Of a stretch of DNA of 64,000 nt, positions 49,823-59,309 are shown piece by piece; within the stretch, counting starts at the first letter, position 1; each line of letters begins with the position of its first letter. The notes under the pieces were generated by a model, which saw only the letters and a list, made by a program, of their open reading frames with translations, ran no database searches and was not told the DNA's origin. A program made the position numbers and the translations under genes. The stretch comes from a bacterium. GTDB lineage: Bacteria > Patescibacteriota > Microgenomatia > JAMCZE01. The stretch spans positions 3,841 through 67,840 of the forward strand of contig JAKBJL010000004.1 in the NCBI GenBank assembly GCA_021836035.1. The letters are read 5' to 3'.

Positions 49823-52699
49823 TTATGGCTCTCCTCTGTATGCTTTAACTATCCACGCTCCGTATACTATCAAGATAATAAAACCAATAAACTCTAGAAG
49901 TTGGGGCCAACAAAATAAATAAATCGTTCTCTCTCCCCCATTAAGCTGCCAGCCGTTAGCCCAATTATCGACCAACACGTGGGTATTTAATAATTGCCAA
50001 TGACCCCGGTTATTTTGCGCCAAACCGATCCAGCCGGAGTCAAATGACTGGGAGAGCGCTAGTATTGTCTCCCCTGGATAATTATCCATTTGCACTTTAT
50101 AAAATGCCGGATTAGGGTGAGAGACGGTAAAATCAGTAGCAATATTCGGGTTGGTTTTTGCCGCGATCTTATAATTTTCTATCTTGATATGCGTTAAATA
50201 GGTAAAAGGAAAAGGATTGACGGTAACGTTTTCCACTTCGTTTTGACTCGGAGTATCACCTATCGGACGGTTATCGAAGTGGAGGCTATAACCGATTCCA
50301 TAAGGATCCATCGGCGGTTGGACAAAGTAAAAAGTTTGATCTGCCAAATTTTGGGGAAGGTTAATGTCCAAATCGGACTTGCGGCCTTCCAGATTTTCTA
50401 TCCAGAAATGCATTCCGGTACCCTGTAAATTTTTGCTGGTTACGCCAATAAGATAAGCGAAGCGTTGGGGTAAGTTTGGTAAAGATAACACGTAGTTTGC
50501 ACCGTCTCTTTTCGGCTTGGCAGCGACAGCATCCTGACCGTTAATTTTGGGAATTTCAACGCTTATCCGATTTTGTCCGAAAGTAACTAAAGGCTGGAGA
50601 ATCGTTGTTTGGTCAGATTTTTGCGCATTGACCCAAACAGCTTCTGGGTCAACGGCAGGAAGCAGAAGTTTATTGCTATCTAAACCAGCCGGTAATTTCT
50701 GGCTGAAAAGAAGCGTTGCTCCGGTGTCTTTGAGGGAAAATTCCTGTTCCCCTACTTTTCGGCCGGTAAAAAGACTGCGGAAGGGATAATAAATATCTGG
50801 TTGTGTATCCGTAATGTAGTGTCCGTTATCGGCGAAAGCGGTGTCGATATTCGTCCACCGATATTGCGGACCAATAACCGGCGGGCGAACTAAGAAGGAA
50901 ATAAAGTCTTTTTCCGGTAGCGACAGAGAAAAATTATAGATATCGACATTACCGAAGGATTTTACCGGTTTAATTCTATACGATTTGGTAAATAGATTTT
51001 CCAAGCCCTCGGTATTTAATGCTTTTGGCGAGGCCGGAAAATTAACATTTTTATCTACCAGGAGCCAGGAAATTTGGTACTTTTCCAGGGTATTTTCCAG
51101 AGCGCTTAAATTTCCGGAATAGATAGCCTGCGAGATTTCCCAGTAGTAGTTTTCGTCTTCACGACTCCAGACATCAAAAGCACGGTCCATGATCGGTTGC
51201 GTAATCCCGTACCAAAGAAACCCGGAACCGCTATAATTCCAGTTGTATAAAGTCCATCCCCAGAAAGTCGGTTGAGGAAAATTGGCAATCCTGGTCCCTT
51301 TTGGCTGGTTATTAAAAAAGTCAAAAACCTGGAAATATTCCGAAGGTATCTTTGCTTTCTCTTTAAAATAAAAAAGATTTCCCTGAAAAGCCGGGAAAGC
51401 AAAAATAACCGGAATAATGGCTAAAATAAATATCAATCCCCTGTTGAGATAAGTTTTCCCTAATCTCCGGGAGATTTCCAGATAAAAAACGGCGTAAAAG
51501 ACAGACAGAGTAAGGGAAATTAAAACTGCGAATTTAGTAAAAGGAGTACGAAAAATCTGCGCAACTAGCGGTAATTTATAGAAATATTCCGTAAATAACG
51601 ATAAAAGCGGCGTTCGGGAAGATAAGATAATAAAACCCAGAAGAAAAACAGGAAGGAAAGATAGTACCCTAAGGTTTTTCCTCTTAAGCGCCAGAATAAT
51701 TCCACAGAAGGAAATAAAGAATAAGGAATAACCTAATAAAAGAACAAAATAATTAGCAAGATGATCAATCCAGGGCTTCGCGACCGCTATAAAAACACCG
51801 GAATTATTTAACTCAGTTTTAGTAAACCAAAACCCGCGTAAAAGTAAGGTATCCGGAAAATTACCGTAAGCTTTATTCTCCAGGAAACTTTCCTGTGTAA
51901 CCATAAGATTTATTTTTGCTTCAGTAGTAACTTGTACTTTGGTAAGGGTGAAATAAAGATTCGGTAGAAGCCAGAAACTATTAACGGCAAAGAGGAGCAA
52001 AACAAAAGTAATTAAATTTTTCCCAGATATTACTTTTTGGTAGAAAAGAAAATAATATATATACATTACGGACGAAACTAAAAGATAAACTATAAAAAAG
52101 GTTTGAATATAAAATTGCGGAATAGCCAGAATATTTATCACCAGGAGCAGAATTAAATTTCGCCTATTATTACTGAAAAGAAAACGGAACTGGGCGAGAA
52201 AAAGCCAAGGTAAAGCTGCAAATTGAGCGGAGTAGGGTTCAAAAGGCAGATAAAAAGCCTGTACTGTAGCTAAATTTAGCAGATAAAATATTCCGGCCAG
52301 TAATCCGGCAGTTTTTCGTGAAGGTAAGGAGAAATCCCGGAAAAGGTATTGGCTACTGGCTAAGAAGTAAATCCCGATTGTTCCCAAAAATAAGCAAAAG
52401 TAATGGTATAGATAACGGACGAGATTGGAAGGTAGAATTAAGGAGAAAGTCCATAAAATAATTTGTCTGGGAAGATCTGCGGCATGAGCCATTCCCCCCA
52501 ATAGACCTAAGCCCTGATACTCCTGCCAGACGGCAAAAATACTCCGGGAAATATTCAGTGGAAAATTGAATTCCGGGTGCAGATTATCCCATCCCGAAAG
52601 CCATGTCCCCGGTTGGTAATTCGAAATAATTATCAAGAGAACGATAAATACTAACAGTAGAAGTTGCCAGTAAGGATAAATCTTAGACAGCGGCTTCAT
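49823..52699 (-). CDS. Large polytopic membrane protein, GT-C-like glycosyltransferase (YfhO/AftD-like)
   Basis: N-terminal GWD acidic loop, about 12 TM helices, FRTPFTKF, C-terminal SQSFDSGW...HVLVDNWANGW before a final TM. Confidence 0.7.
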   Translation of the reverse strand: MKPLSKIYPYWQLLLLVFIVLLIIISNYQPGTWLSGWDNLHPEFNFPLNISRSIFAVWQEYQGLGLLGGMAHAADLPRQIILWTFSLILPSNLVRYLYHYFCLFLGTIGIYFLASSQYLFRDFSLPSRKTAGLLAGIFYLLNLATVQAFYLPFEPYSAQFAALPWLFLAQFRFLFSNNRRNLILLLVINILAIPQFYIQTFFIVYLLVSSVMYIYYFLFYQKVISGKNLITFVLLLFAVNSFWLLPNLYFTLTKVQVTTEAKINLMVTQESFLENKAYGNFPDTLLLRGFWFTKTELNNSGVFIAVAKPWIDHLANYFVLLLGYSLFFISFCGIILALKRKNLRVLSFLPVFLLGFIILSSRTPLLSLFTEYFYKLPLVAQIFRTPFTKFAVLISLTLSVFYAVFYLEISRRLGKTYLNRGLIFILAIIPVIFAFPAFQGNLFYFKEKAKIPSEYFQVFDFFNNQPKGTRIANFPQPTFWGWTLYNWNYSGSGFLWYGITQPIMDRAFDVWSREDENYYWEISQAIYSGNLSALENTLEKYQISWLLVDKNVNFPASPKALNTEGLENLFTKSYRIKPVKSFGNVDIYNFSLSLPEKDFISFLVRPPVIGPQYRWTNIDTAFADNGHYITDTQPDIYYPFRSLFTGRKVGEQEFSLKDTGATLLFSQKLPAGLDSNKLLLPAVDPEAVWVNAQKSDQTTILQPLVTFGQNRISVEIPKINGQDAVAAKPKRDGANYVLSLPNLPQRFAYLIGVTSKNLQGTGMHFWIENLEGRKSDLDINLPQNLADQTFYFVQPPMDPYGIGYSLHFDNRPIGDTPSQNEVENVTVNPFPFTYLTHIKIENYKIAAKTNPNIATDFTVSHPNPAFYKVQMDNYPGETILALSQSFDSGWIGLAQNNRGHWQLLNTHVLVDNWANGWQLNGGERTIYLFCWPQLLEFIGFIILIVYGAWIVKAYRGEP

Positions 52700-54065
52700 G
52701 AGAAGAAATATTTTTTGGAAATAATTTCCAGGTCGGACAAAAATTGGGTTTTAAAATAATTTTACGCCTGGGAGATTTTTTCGGAAATAGGGAACGAAAA
52801 TGGATTTTGCCCGTGAGGTTATAATCACGTAATGTTCGTAATTCGCTAGCGACAGTGATCATTTTTTTGCTGGGAAAGTCGGATGATAAAGCCCACCTCA
52901 GTTTTTCCTTAAGACTCACCTCTTCAGGATCAAAAAGTATTTCTTTCTCGGAAAAAGCGTGGCCATTTCTTAGTAAAGGTGCAATTACCTTGGAAACAAG
53001 GAGCGGCTTAGCAAAAGAAAGAGCCAGGGACAGCGGACCGGAAGAGGACATTAATGTCCGGTAAGGCAAAACTACAAGATCAGCAGCTGAGAAATAAAGG
53101 GAAATCTTTTTTTCAGGAACAAAACCCGTAAGGGTAATATTATTTTGACCTTTAATCTCCCGGGATATATTTCTGATAAACTGCTGATAATGTTTTTCGT
53201 GGAGATGGTGAGGATTAGGTCCGCCGGCAATTACCAGCTGGACTTGGGATTTTAACTCGGGATTTTCCCTCAATAAATTCTTAAAAGCTTTGATAATAAG
53301 ATCCGTTCCTTTGTACCAGGTGATAAATCCAAAAACTAAAAATATTTTTTTATTCTGCAATCCTAATGTTTTAGCTGCTTGGTACTTATTAATTGATGGT
53401 ACATTTTTATCCACCCCATGTTCAATGGTTTTTATTTTGTCGTAAGGAACACCTAGTCTATGTAACCTGTCTGCTAGGGTTTGCTCAAGGACAATCACGT
53501 TATTATTGATAAAACAGGAAAGATAATAATAAAGCCTAATAGCGATGCTAAAAAAGAGATTCTTGAAAGATTTAGGATCTAGACCGAGGTGGCCGGATAA
53601 TTCGCATAGGTCGGTAATAACCTGATGTAGTACCAGGATGGTCCTTTTTCCTTTTAGACGATGATAGAGAGAAAAAAGCGGCAGACAAGCTGTTACCCAA
53701 ATATTGCCGAAATTATTAAATTCCAGCTGGATTTCAACAGAAGATATACTTTTGAATTGTTCTAGCTGTCTGTTTATTTCCGGTAAAATTCCCCATGATT
53801 GCCTTTTCCAGCAACGGATAACCAGAATTCCCCTCTCTTCATAGATGTCCGGTCGGTCAATTATTTCCGCCAAGACAATTGCTTTTACTTTTGATTGGCT
53901 AACCAACGGGATAATAAAATTTTTGGTGAAGCTGGCAATTCCGACTACATTATCTCCATAAAGCGTGCCTTTTGGGGGATAGCTGCTGATAACCGCGATT
54001 TTTGCGGCTTTCTGATACCCCTTTAATAATGCTGTTACCTTCATAACCACTACAAACAAGATCAA
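52683..54065 (-). CDS. Glycosyltransferase family 4 (GT-B)
   Basis: SSYPP, FGFITWYKG, ADLVVLPY, SSGPLSLAL. Confidence 0.88.
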   Translation of the reverse strand: MILFVVVMKVTALLKGYQKAAKIAVISSYPPKGTLYGDNVVGIASFTKNFIIPLVSQSKVKAIVLAEIIDRPDIYEERGILVIRCWKRQSWGILPEINRQLEQFKSISSVEIQLEFNNFGNIWVTACLPLFSLYHRLKGKRTILVLHQVITDLCELSGHLGLDPKSFKNLFFSIAIRLYYYLSCFINNNVIVLEQTLADRLHRLGVPYDKIKTIEHGVDKNVPSINKYQAAKTLGLQNKKIFLVFGFITWYKGTDLIIKAFKNLLRENPELKSQVQLVIAGGPNPHHLHEKHYQQFIRNISREIKGQNNITLTGFVPEKKISLYFSAADLVVLPYRTLMSSSGPLSLALSFAKPLLVSKVIAPLLRNGHAFSEKEILFDPEEVSLKEKLRWALSSDFPSKKMITVASELRTLRDYNLTGKIHFRSLFPKKSPRRKIILKPNFCPTWKLFPKNISSHEAAV

Positions 54066-54112
54066 GAAATCTGATTATTTCTTGACCTCGGATATAGAAC
54101 ACAGAAGAAAAG

Positions 54113-55069
54113 TTAGGGACAGTAAAAACTACCTTCTCCCGTTTGGATAGTAGTCGGTCCTTTAACTCTTACCGTCTCTTTACCGTTCCAATAATTAGCA
54201 ACTTGTCCCGAAGCGACATTAATCGATATCACTCCTCCGCTGTATTTAACTCCCCCTTCAGGAATACTAGTGGTAGAAACAATGTTTCCGTTAGCCCCGA
54301 ATACCTGGCAGACTTTCATTCTTGTTGTAGAATTATTCGCGTTGTCAGTCGGTTCGGTATTGATATTTGTCCAAGGGCTTACTTCGTTGAAATTATTGTC
54401 GATTTTTACCCACTTGCCGGCTTTAGAACTATCCCAATCGGTAGCTTTGGCATAAAGAGACATTTCCGCCACTTTAAATTCACCGCTAATTTTTGCTCCT
54501 TTGCCCCCCATCACTTCGTAAGTTTGTTTTTTACTATTATGGTCTATCCAGGCGTGGGCAATCATTCCTTCGGGAACATTCATCTCATAACCCGGAAGCG
54601 ATCCGTCGGTAGTCCTCATTCCAACAAATTTCCAGGAATTAGGAATAAATTTTCCGTCCGCGTCCTGTAAAGGCCACCATTGGTTGGTTGGCCCTCCGAT
54701 TTCTTGTCCGTTAACGGAAAAGACAGAGATCGTCGGAGTTTCAGTAGCAACCGGCGTGCTGGACTTTTGTGCCGCAGCGGTTTCTTGGGTATACTGTTGT
54801 TTTACCGCTGCGTTCGGTGTATTGGCAACGGTAGGTTTTTCTGCTCCCGGAGTGTTTGCTGCCGAAGCATGAGCTTCTGAAATTGCTGTTTTTCCCGCTA
54901 AAGGTGTAGGTTGTGGTTGCGCTTCTTCCCCGGGTAAAATCTTTCTTGCCCTTTCGAGCAACTCCCGTCCAAACAAAGTGCCCGCACAGCAAGCTACTAA
55001 ACCTCCCCCGACCAAACCAGTGATAAATTCTCTTCTTGTAGGATTATAATTTCTGATACGTTCACTCAT
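54113..55069 (-). CDS. Hypothetical exported protein with twin-arginine-like signal and Pro/Thr/Ala linker
   Basis: TRREFITGLVGGGLVACC, then a PT/A-rich linker and a beta-rich domain. Confidence 0.7.
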   Translation of the reverse strand: MSERIRNYNPTRREFITGLVGGGLVACCAGTLFGRELLERARKILPGEEAQPQPTPLAGKTAISEAHASAANTPGAEKPTVANTPNAAVKQQYTQETAAAQKSSTPVATETPTISVFSVNGQEIGGPTNQWWPLQDADGKFIPNSWKFVGMRTTDGSLPGYEMNVPEGMIAHAWIDHNSKKQTYEVMGGKGAKISGEFKVAEMSLYAKATDWDSSKAGKWVKIDNNFNEVSPWTNINTEPTDNANNSTTRMKVCQVFGANGNIVSTTSIPEGGVKYSGGVISINVASGQVANYWNGKETVRVKGPTTIQTGEGSFYCP

Positions 55070-55720
55070 TTATTTCACCCCCCTCCGGAAAAATAATAAA
55101 AGGGTATTTTTAGAGAAAAATAGTCCTGTGGATCCGAGGGCGATAATTCCCAATAGGAAAAATAGGGAACCTGCCGGACCGGTCGGAGGGAGAATTTGGG
55201 CGGCGAGAACCTTGCGCTGTAGGCAAACCTGAGAGCTGTCGTGATCGGATGAACCGTCGGCGGTGGCTGTGACATTATTAACAACGCAAAGAGTGGTCTG
55301 GCTGGCCGGGATTTGACTGGCCGGAACAACGACTACCCGAATTTCGCGGAGATCCGTAGCCCCCGGTGCTAGGTTATTAATGGTGTAATTCAAGCTTCCG
55401 GAAGCTAGCTGCAGAAAAGTTGGTAAAGTGTCGCTGACGCTAACAGTATCGAAAGTGGCATCGCCGGTATTTTTAACGCTGATATCAAAAACAACAATTT
55501 CGCCGGAAAGGAAAAGATGGTCGGTGAGGCTTAAATTGTCGACAAAAGTTTTGCTATCGGGATTCCAGACGGTTTTGTTGATCTGCAACTGCCCCGTTGT
55601 GGTACAAATCTGTGCCCCGCCGTATTGTGTAACACAATTGACGGAAGCGTTAACAGGAAAATGGACCAACAAAAGACAAGCGGCAAATGAAGCGGCAAAA
55701 ATCAGGACTTTCAACTTCAT
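55070..55720 (-). CDS. DUF11 Ig-like surface protein with LPxTG sorting signal
   Basis: Signal peptide, LQINKTV...V.F.ISVKNTG...VSDTLP, C-terminal LPPTG + TM + RRGVK. Confidence 0.85.
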   Translation of the reverse strand: MKLKVLIFAASFAACLLLVHFPVNASVNCVTQYGGAQICTTTGQLQINKTVWNPDSKTFVDNLSLTDHLFLSGEIVVFDISVKNTGDATFDTVSVSDTLPTFLQLASGSLNYTINNLAPGATDLREIRVVVVPASQIPASQTTLCVVNNVTATADGSSDHDSSQVCLQRKVLAAQILPPTGPAGSLFFLLGIIALGSTGLFFSKNTLLLFFRRGVK

Positions 55721-55785
55721 GAATAAGCACGGGGGCAGCCGCGCTTGTAGTTTAAGATATAGGCCTACGTTTTGTCAAGTGATAG

Positions 55786-56532
55786 CTATGCTTCCGGGGG
55801 TTTGGCGGTAATTATTAGCCTTTGCCAGTCGGTATTGGGCGGCCAGCAGGTTTGAATATATAAAGCATTACTGTTTTCACTAGAGGTTAAAAATTGAAAA
55901 TCGTTGGGGCTGACTATCTGTTTATCGGTGACGCGGTAGAGATATACTCTTTTTTGGTAAACGAGATAGATATCGTCGCCTTTGTTTAAATAATTCAGCG
56001 GGTAAAGGAGCGTAGCCAGCGGATTATCGTTCCAGAGATAATCGCTGGAGTGCCCGAAGAGATAAATAAACCCTTTTTGCCCGGGTAGAGCTGTTCCCCT
56101 TGCCTGGGCCACTCCCATTTTTAAATCTGTCTCGAATGCTGCTTTGTTGTTCGGATCCACATCGGCTAAAATTTTGGAGTTAATTCCCACCTTAGGAATA
56201 ACCAGGCCAAAATCCTGATTGGCAGGAGCGACTCCCCCCGTGTCGCTGGGGCTTAGATAGGAGTTGTGGTTGGCTATGGTATTTGCCGCAAGCTGAATTT
56301 TATTAGTTGACAAATTTTGGAAGGCGGCTTGGTGGGGATGCCATAAGCGATAAGCCAGTTCTGCTCTGAATAGCGGGAAAAGAAAAAGTCCCAATCCAAA
56401 TAATGAAATCGCTATTAAAAGGAAGCCGGCTTTGCTGTGGTTAATATTTATAATTTGCCGATGTCGGACTAATCGGACGTCATAAACAACCAATTCGCCG
56501 TTTTCCCAATAGGGTACCGATTTCCAGAGCAT
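55786..56532 (-). CDS. Sortase
   Basis: TM anchor, LVIPKVG, catalytic H (FGHS), C (IQTC) and R (QRLII). Confidence 0.92.
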   Translation of the reverse strand: MLWKSVPYWENGELVVYDVRLVRHRQIININHSKAGFLLIAISLFGLGLFLFPLFRAELAYRLWHPHQAAFQNLSTNKIQLAANTIANHNSYLSPSDTGGVAPANQDFGLVIPKVGINSKILADVDPNNKAAFETDLKMGVAQARGTALPGQKGFIYLFGHSSDYLWNDNPLATLLYPLNYLNKGDDIYLVYQKRVYLYRVTDKQIVSPNDFQFLTSSENSNALYIQTCWPPNTDWQRLIITAKPPEA

Positions 56533-56590
56533 AGCTTGGCTCTAAAATGAACCAGCGTAATAATACCACATTTGGTATACTAAAAAAGGC

Positions 56591-57280
56591 ATGAGCGGAA
56601 TTTTTAATCTTTTTAACGCCGAATTTCTCATTACCTCCTTCGGCTTGGCTGGTATATTTTTTGTGGTTTTTGCCGAGTCGGGTTTGTTTTTTGGTTTCTT
56701 TTTTCCGGGCGATAGCCTACTGATGACTGCAGGACTCATCGCTTCCCGCGGCGATTTATCTCTTCCGGTATTGGTAGCGCTCAGCGCCCTGGCAGCCGTT
56801 TTGGGTGATTCGGTGGGTTATTGGTTCGGTAGAAAGACCGGAGAAAAATTATTTCAACGGGAAGATTCGCGTTTTTTTAAAAAAAGCCATTTGCTGAAAG
56901 CGCAGGATTTTTATAATCGCCACGGCGGAAAAACAATTGTTTTGGCTCGCTTCATGCCTTTTGTCAGAACCTTTGCTCCTATTGTTGCCGGCGCGGCGAA
57001 AATGAGTTATCCGACATTTTTAACTTACAACATTTTAGGCGGTACCGGTTGGGGGGTTGGTATGCCGCTGGTGGGTTTTGCTCTAGGAACTTGGTTAAGA
57101 GATCGCTTTACCCCCAAACAGGTCGATAATTATTTTCTCTTGATTGTTTTTATCGTAATTATTCTTTCAGTCCTGCCGACCGGATTACATATTCTTAAAG
57201 ACCGTCAATCAAGACAAAGCTTGTTAAGAAGTATCAAAAATTTTATTTATGCTTTACCTGGTCTCCACGCCGATCGGTAA
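56591..57280 (+). CDS. dedA: DedA family membrane protein
   Basis: FAESGLFFGFFFPGDSLL, GDSVGYWFG, LARFMPFVRTFAP. Confidence 0.93.
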   Translation: MSGIFNLFNAEFLITSFGLAGIFFVVFAESGLFFGFFFPGDSLLMTAGLIASRGDLSLPVLVALSALAAVLGDSVGYWFGRKTGEKLFQREDSRFFKKSHLLKAQDFYNRHGGKTIVLARFMPFVRTFAPIVAGAAKMSYPTFLTYNILGGTGWGVGMPLVGFALGTWLRDRFTPKQVDNYFLLIVFIVIILSVLPTGLHILKDRQSRQSLLRSIKNFIYALPGLHADR

Positions 57281-57929
57281 TCTGGAGGATATTTCACTTC
57301 GCGCCCTGCGGATTCTCCGGGAAGCCGATATTGTTTTAGCCGAAGATACCCGGCACACCGGCTTACTTTTAAATCACTACGATATTCCCCATAAGTCTAT
57401 GATCTCTTTTTATGAGGAAGTCGAAAATCAAAAGTTACCCGGATTATTAAACCTGATCCGCTCCGGGCAAAAAGTAGTTTTAGTTTCGGACGCCGGCAGT
57501 CCTTTAATTTCCGATCCCGGGTATAAACTGGTCCGAGAAATTCTCCGGTCCGGAGAAAAAGTTGCTGTAATCCCGGGAGCTTCAGCTTTGATTGCTGCTT
57601 TACAGATTTCCGGTTTACCCCCGGATAGGTTTGTTTTTCTGGGTTATTTTCCCGATAAGGTTTCTCACCAGAAGTTACTGTTAAAACTGGTCGGCGGTTT
57701 ACTGCAAATTATCAGTTTAACCGTAATCTTTTATGCTTCCCCGTATAAATTGAAGAATAATTTAGAGAGTATGGAAGAGATCCTGGGCGATGTGGAAATC
57801 GTAGTCGTCCGGGAATTAACAAAAATCTACGAAGAAGTTTGGCGCGGCAAGGTTTCGCAAGCCCGTTTAAAATTTGCTAAACCCAAAGGAGAATTTGTAG
57901 TACTATATAACAAAACAGCGAATATATAG
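57249..57929 (+). CDS. rsmI: 16S rRNA C1402 2'-O-methyltransferase
   Basis: LYLVSTPIGNLEDIS, AEDTR, VSDAGSPLISDPG, RELTKIYEE. Confidence 0.96.
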   Translation: MLYLVSTPIGNLEDISLRALRILREADIVLAEDTRHTGLLLNHYDIPHKSMISFYEEVENQKLPGLLNLIRSGQKVVLVSDAGSPLISDPGYKLVREILRSGEKVAVIPGASALIAALQISGLPPDRFVFLGYFPDKVSHQKLLLKLVGGLLQIISLTVIFYASPYKLKNNLESMEEILGDVEIVVVRELTKIYEEVWRGKVSQARLKFAKPKGEFVVLYNKTANI

Positions 57930-57970
57930 CGGAAAACTTATAGCGAATAACTGTTAATAGACTTAAGAAT

Positions 57971-58630
57971 ATGGTAACGGTAGCATCGGAAGAAAGCTTT
58001 TTAAAGTCGATTAAAGAACCCGGGAAAACGGAAAAACCCCTACCCAAAGGAGAAGCTAAAAGGCCGCTTCTGATTGTTTTTCGCCATGGCGAAACTTTCT
58101 ATAACCGGGAAAAATTATTCTGCGGCAAGTTCGACAGTTTACTTACGCCGGAGGGAAAAAGGCAAGCGGAAGTATTGAGGGATAAACTGGTGGAAATCCC
58201 TATCGATAACGGTATTATTGCTCCCCTCTCCCGCTGCCGGGAATCTTTAACGATAGCTCTGGGCAGCCGGTCGGAAATTCCGCAGAGGCCAGAACCGTTA
58301 ATTTACGAGCGGGATTACGGCAGCTTAACCGGTAAAAGCAAAGAGGCTTTATATAGAGAGAGCCCCCAAATGGCTTTAGAATACCGTCGTTCCTGGGAAA
58401 TTCGGCCGCCCGGCGGGGAATCATTACAGGATGTCTGGCAAAACCGGGTAGAAATATTTTGTCAGGAAACGGAAAAAGCAACCCGACAAAATAACTCCGC
58501 GACTATTATTTGCTGCACTAATAATACTATGAGATTAATAAGAATGTATTTTGAAAAATTAACAATTCCCCAAATGTTGGAATTGGAAAATCCCCTGGCG
58601 CAGGATTATTGCCTTTATCATCTTCCATAA
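57971..58630 (+). CDS. Histidine phosphatase family protein (dPGM-like)
   Basis: RHGET, ERDYGSLTG, RRSW..RPPGGESL; near eno/ppsA. Confidence 0.85.
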   Translation: MVTVASEESFLKSIKEPGKTEKPLPKGEAKRPLLIVFRHGETFYNREKLFCGKFDSLLTPEGKRQAEVLRDKLVEIPIDNGIIAPLSRCRESLTIALGSRSEIPQRPEPLIYERDYGSLTGKSKEALYRESPQMALEYRRSWEIRPPGGESLQDVWQNRVEIFCQETEKATRQNNSATIICCTNNTMRLIRMYFEKLTIPQMLELENPLAQDYCLYHLP

Positions 58631-58673
58631 TTTTACTATAGACCTCAAGCATGATAAGATTGTTTTTGCCACT

Positions 58674-59309
58674 ATGGATAAGACGGAATCGCCGGAAAAT
58701 GATATTCAAAAAGATCCCCGACAGCTTAATTTTTTCCGCGAGGAAATTAATTCACGTATCGGTCCCCAAAGAGTAAGGATTTTAAGTTTACCCCCAAATC
58801 ACACGTATCCGGCTTTACAATCGTCTGAGTCTCATAGCGAATACTCTTTTTTAGAATCCGGTAAGTATTTTTGTATCACCTTGCGGTTGCCATGGGGAGT
58901 TTTAATCGTTAATCATCAAAATTATAAAGAGAGAGTGGAGGCCATCCCCGTAAGATGGCGTCCGAAACAAATGCCCCTGAAAAATTTATTTATTCGTAAT
59001 GCTTTAAGCTACAATAAAGATGATATCGAAAGATGTAAAAGATTAGGTATAAACAATTATTATGAGTTAGCCGGGTATGCTTTAGGAGTTGTGGACGTGG
59101 ATAAATATGTCCCCGAACCGGATTATTTTGGCATTATTAGTCCTCCGGAAATTAACCCCCGCGGAAGTTTCCTAAAAGGAAATACAAAGCCTAATTATCT
59201 ATGTTTCTTTTGCCGTCCCAGAGTATTTGAGAGGCCGTTGAAAGTCAACGAGGGCAACGGTATTTACCGGGTAGAAATAACGGAAAGGATTCGCCTGAGA
59301 AAATATTAA
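58674..59309 (+). CDS. ASCH/PUA-like domain protein (putative)
   Basis: ITLRLPWGVLIV...KERVE...GYALGVVDV...PRVFERP...GNGIY resembles the ASCH pattern. Confidence 0.55.
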   Translation: MDKTESPENDIQKDPRQLNFFREEINSRIGPQRVRILSLPPNHTYPALQSSESHSEYSFLESGKYFCITLRLPWGVLIVNHQNYKERVEAIPVRWRPKQMPLKNLFIRNALSYNKDDIERCKRLGINNYYELAGYALGVVDVDKYVPEPDYFGIISPPEINPRGSFLKGNTKPNYLCFFCRPRVFERPLKVNEGNGIYRVEITERIRLRKY

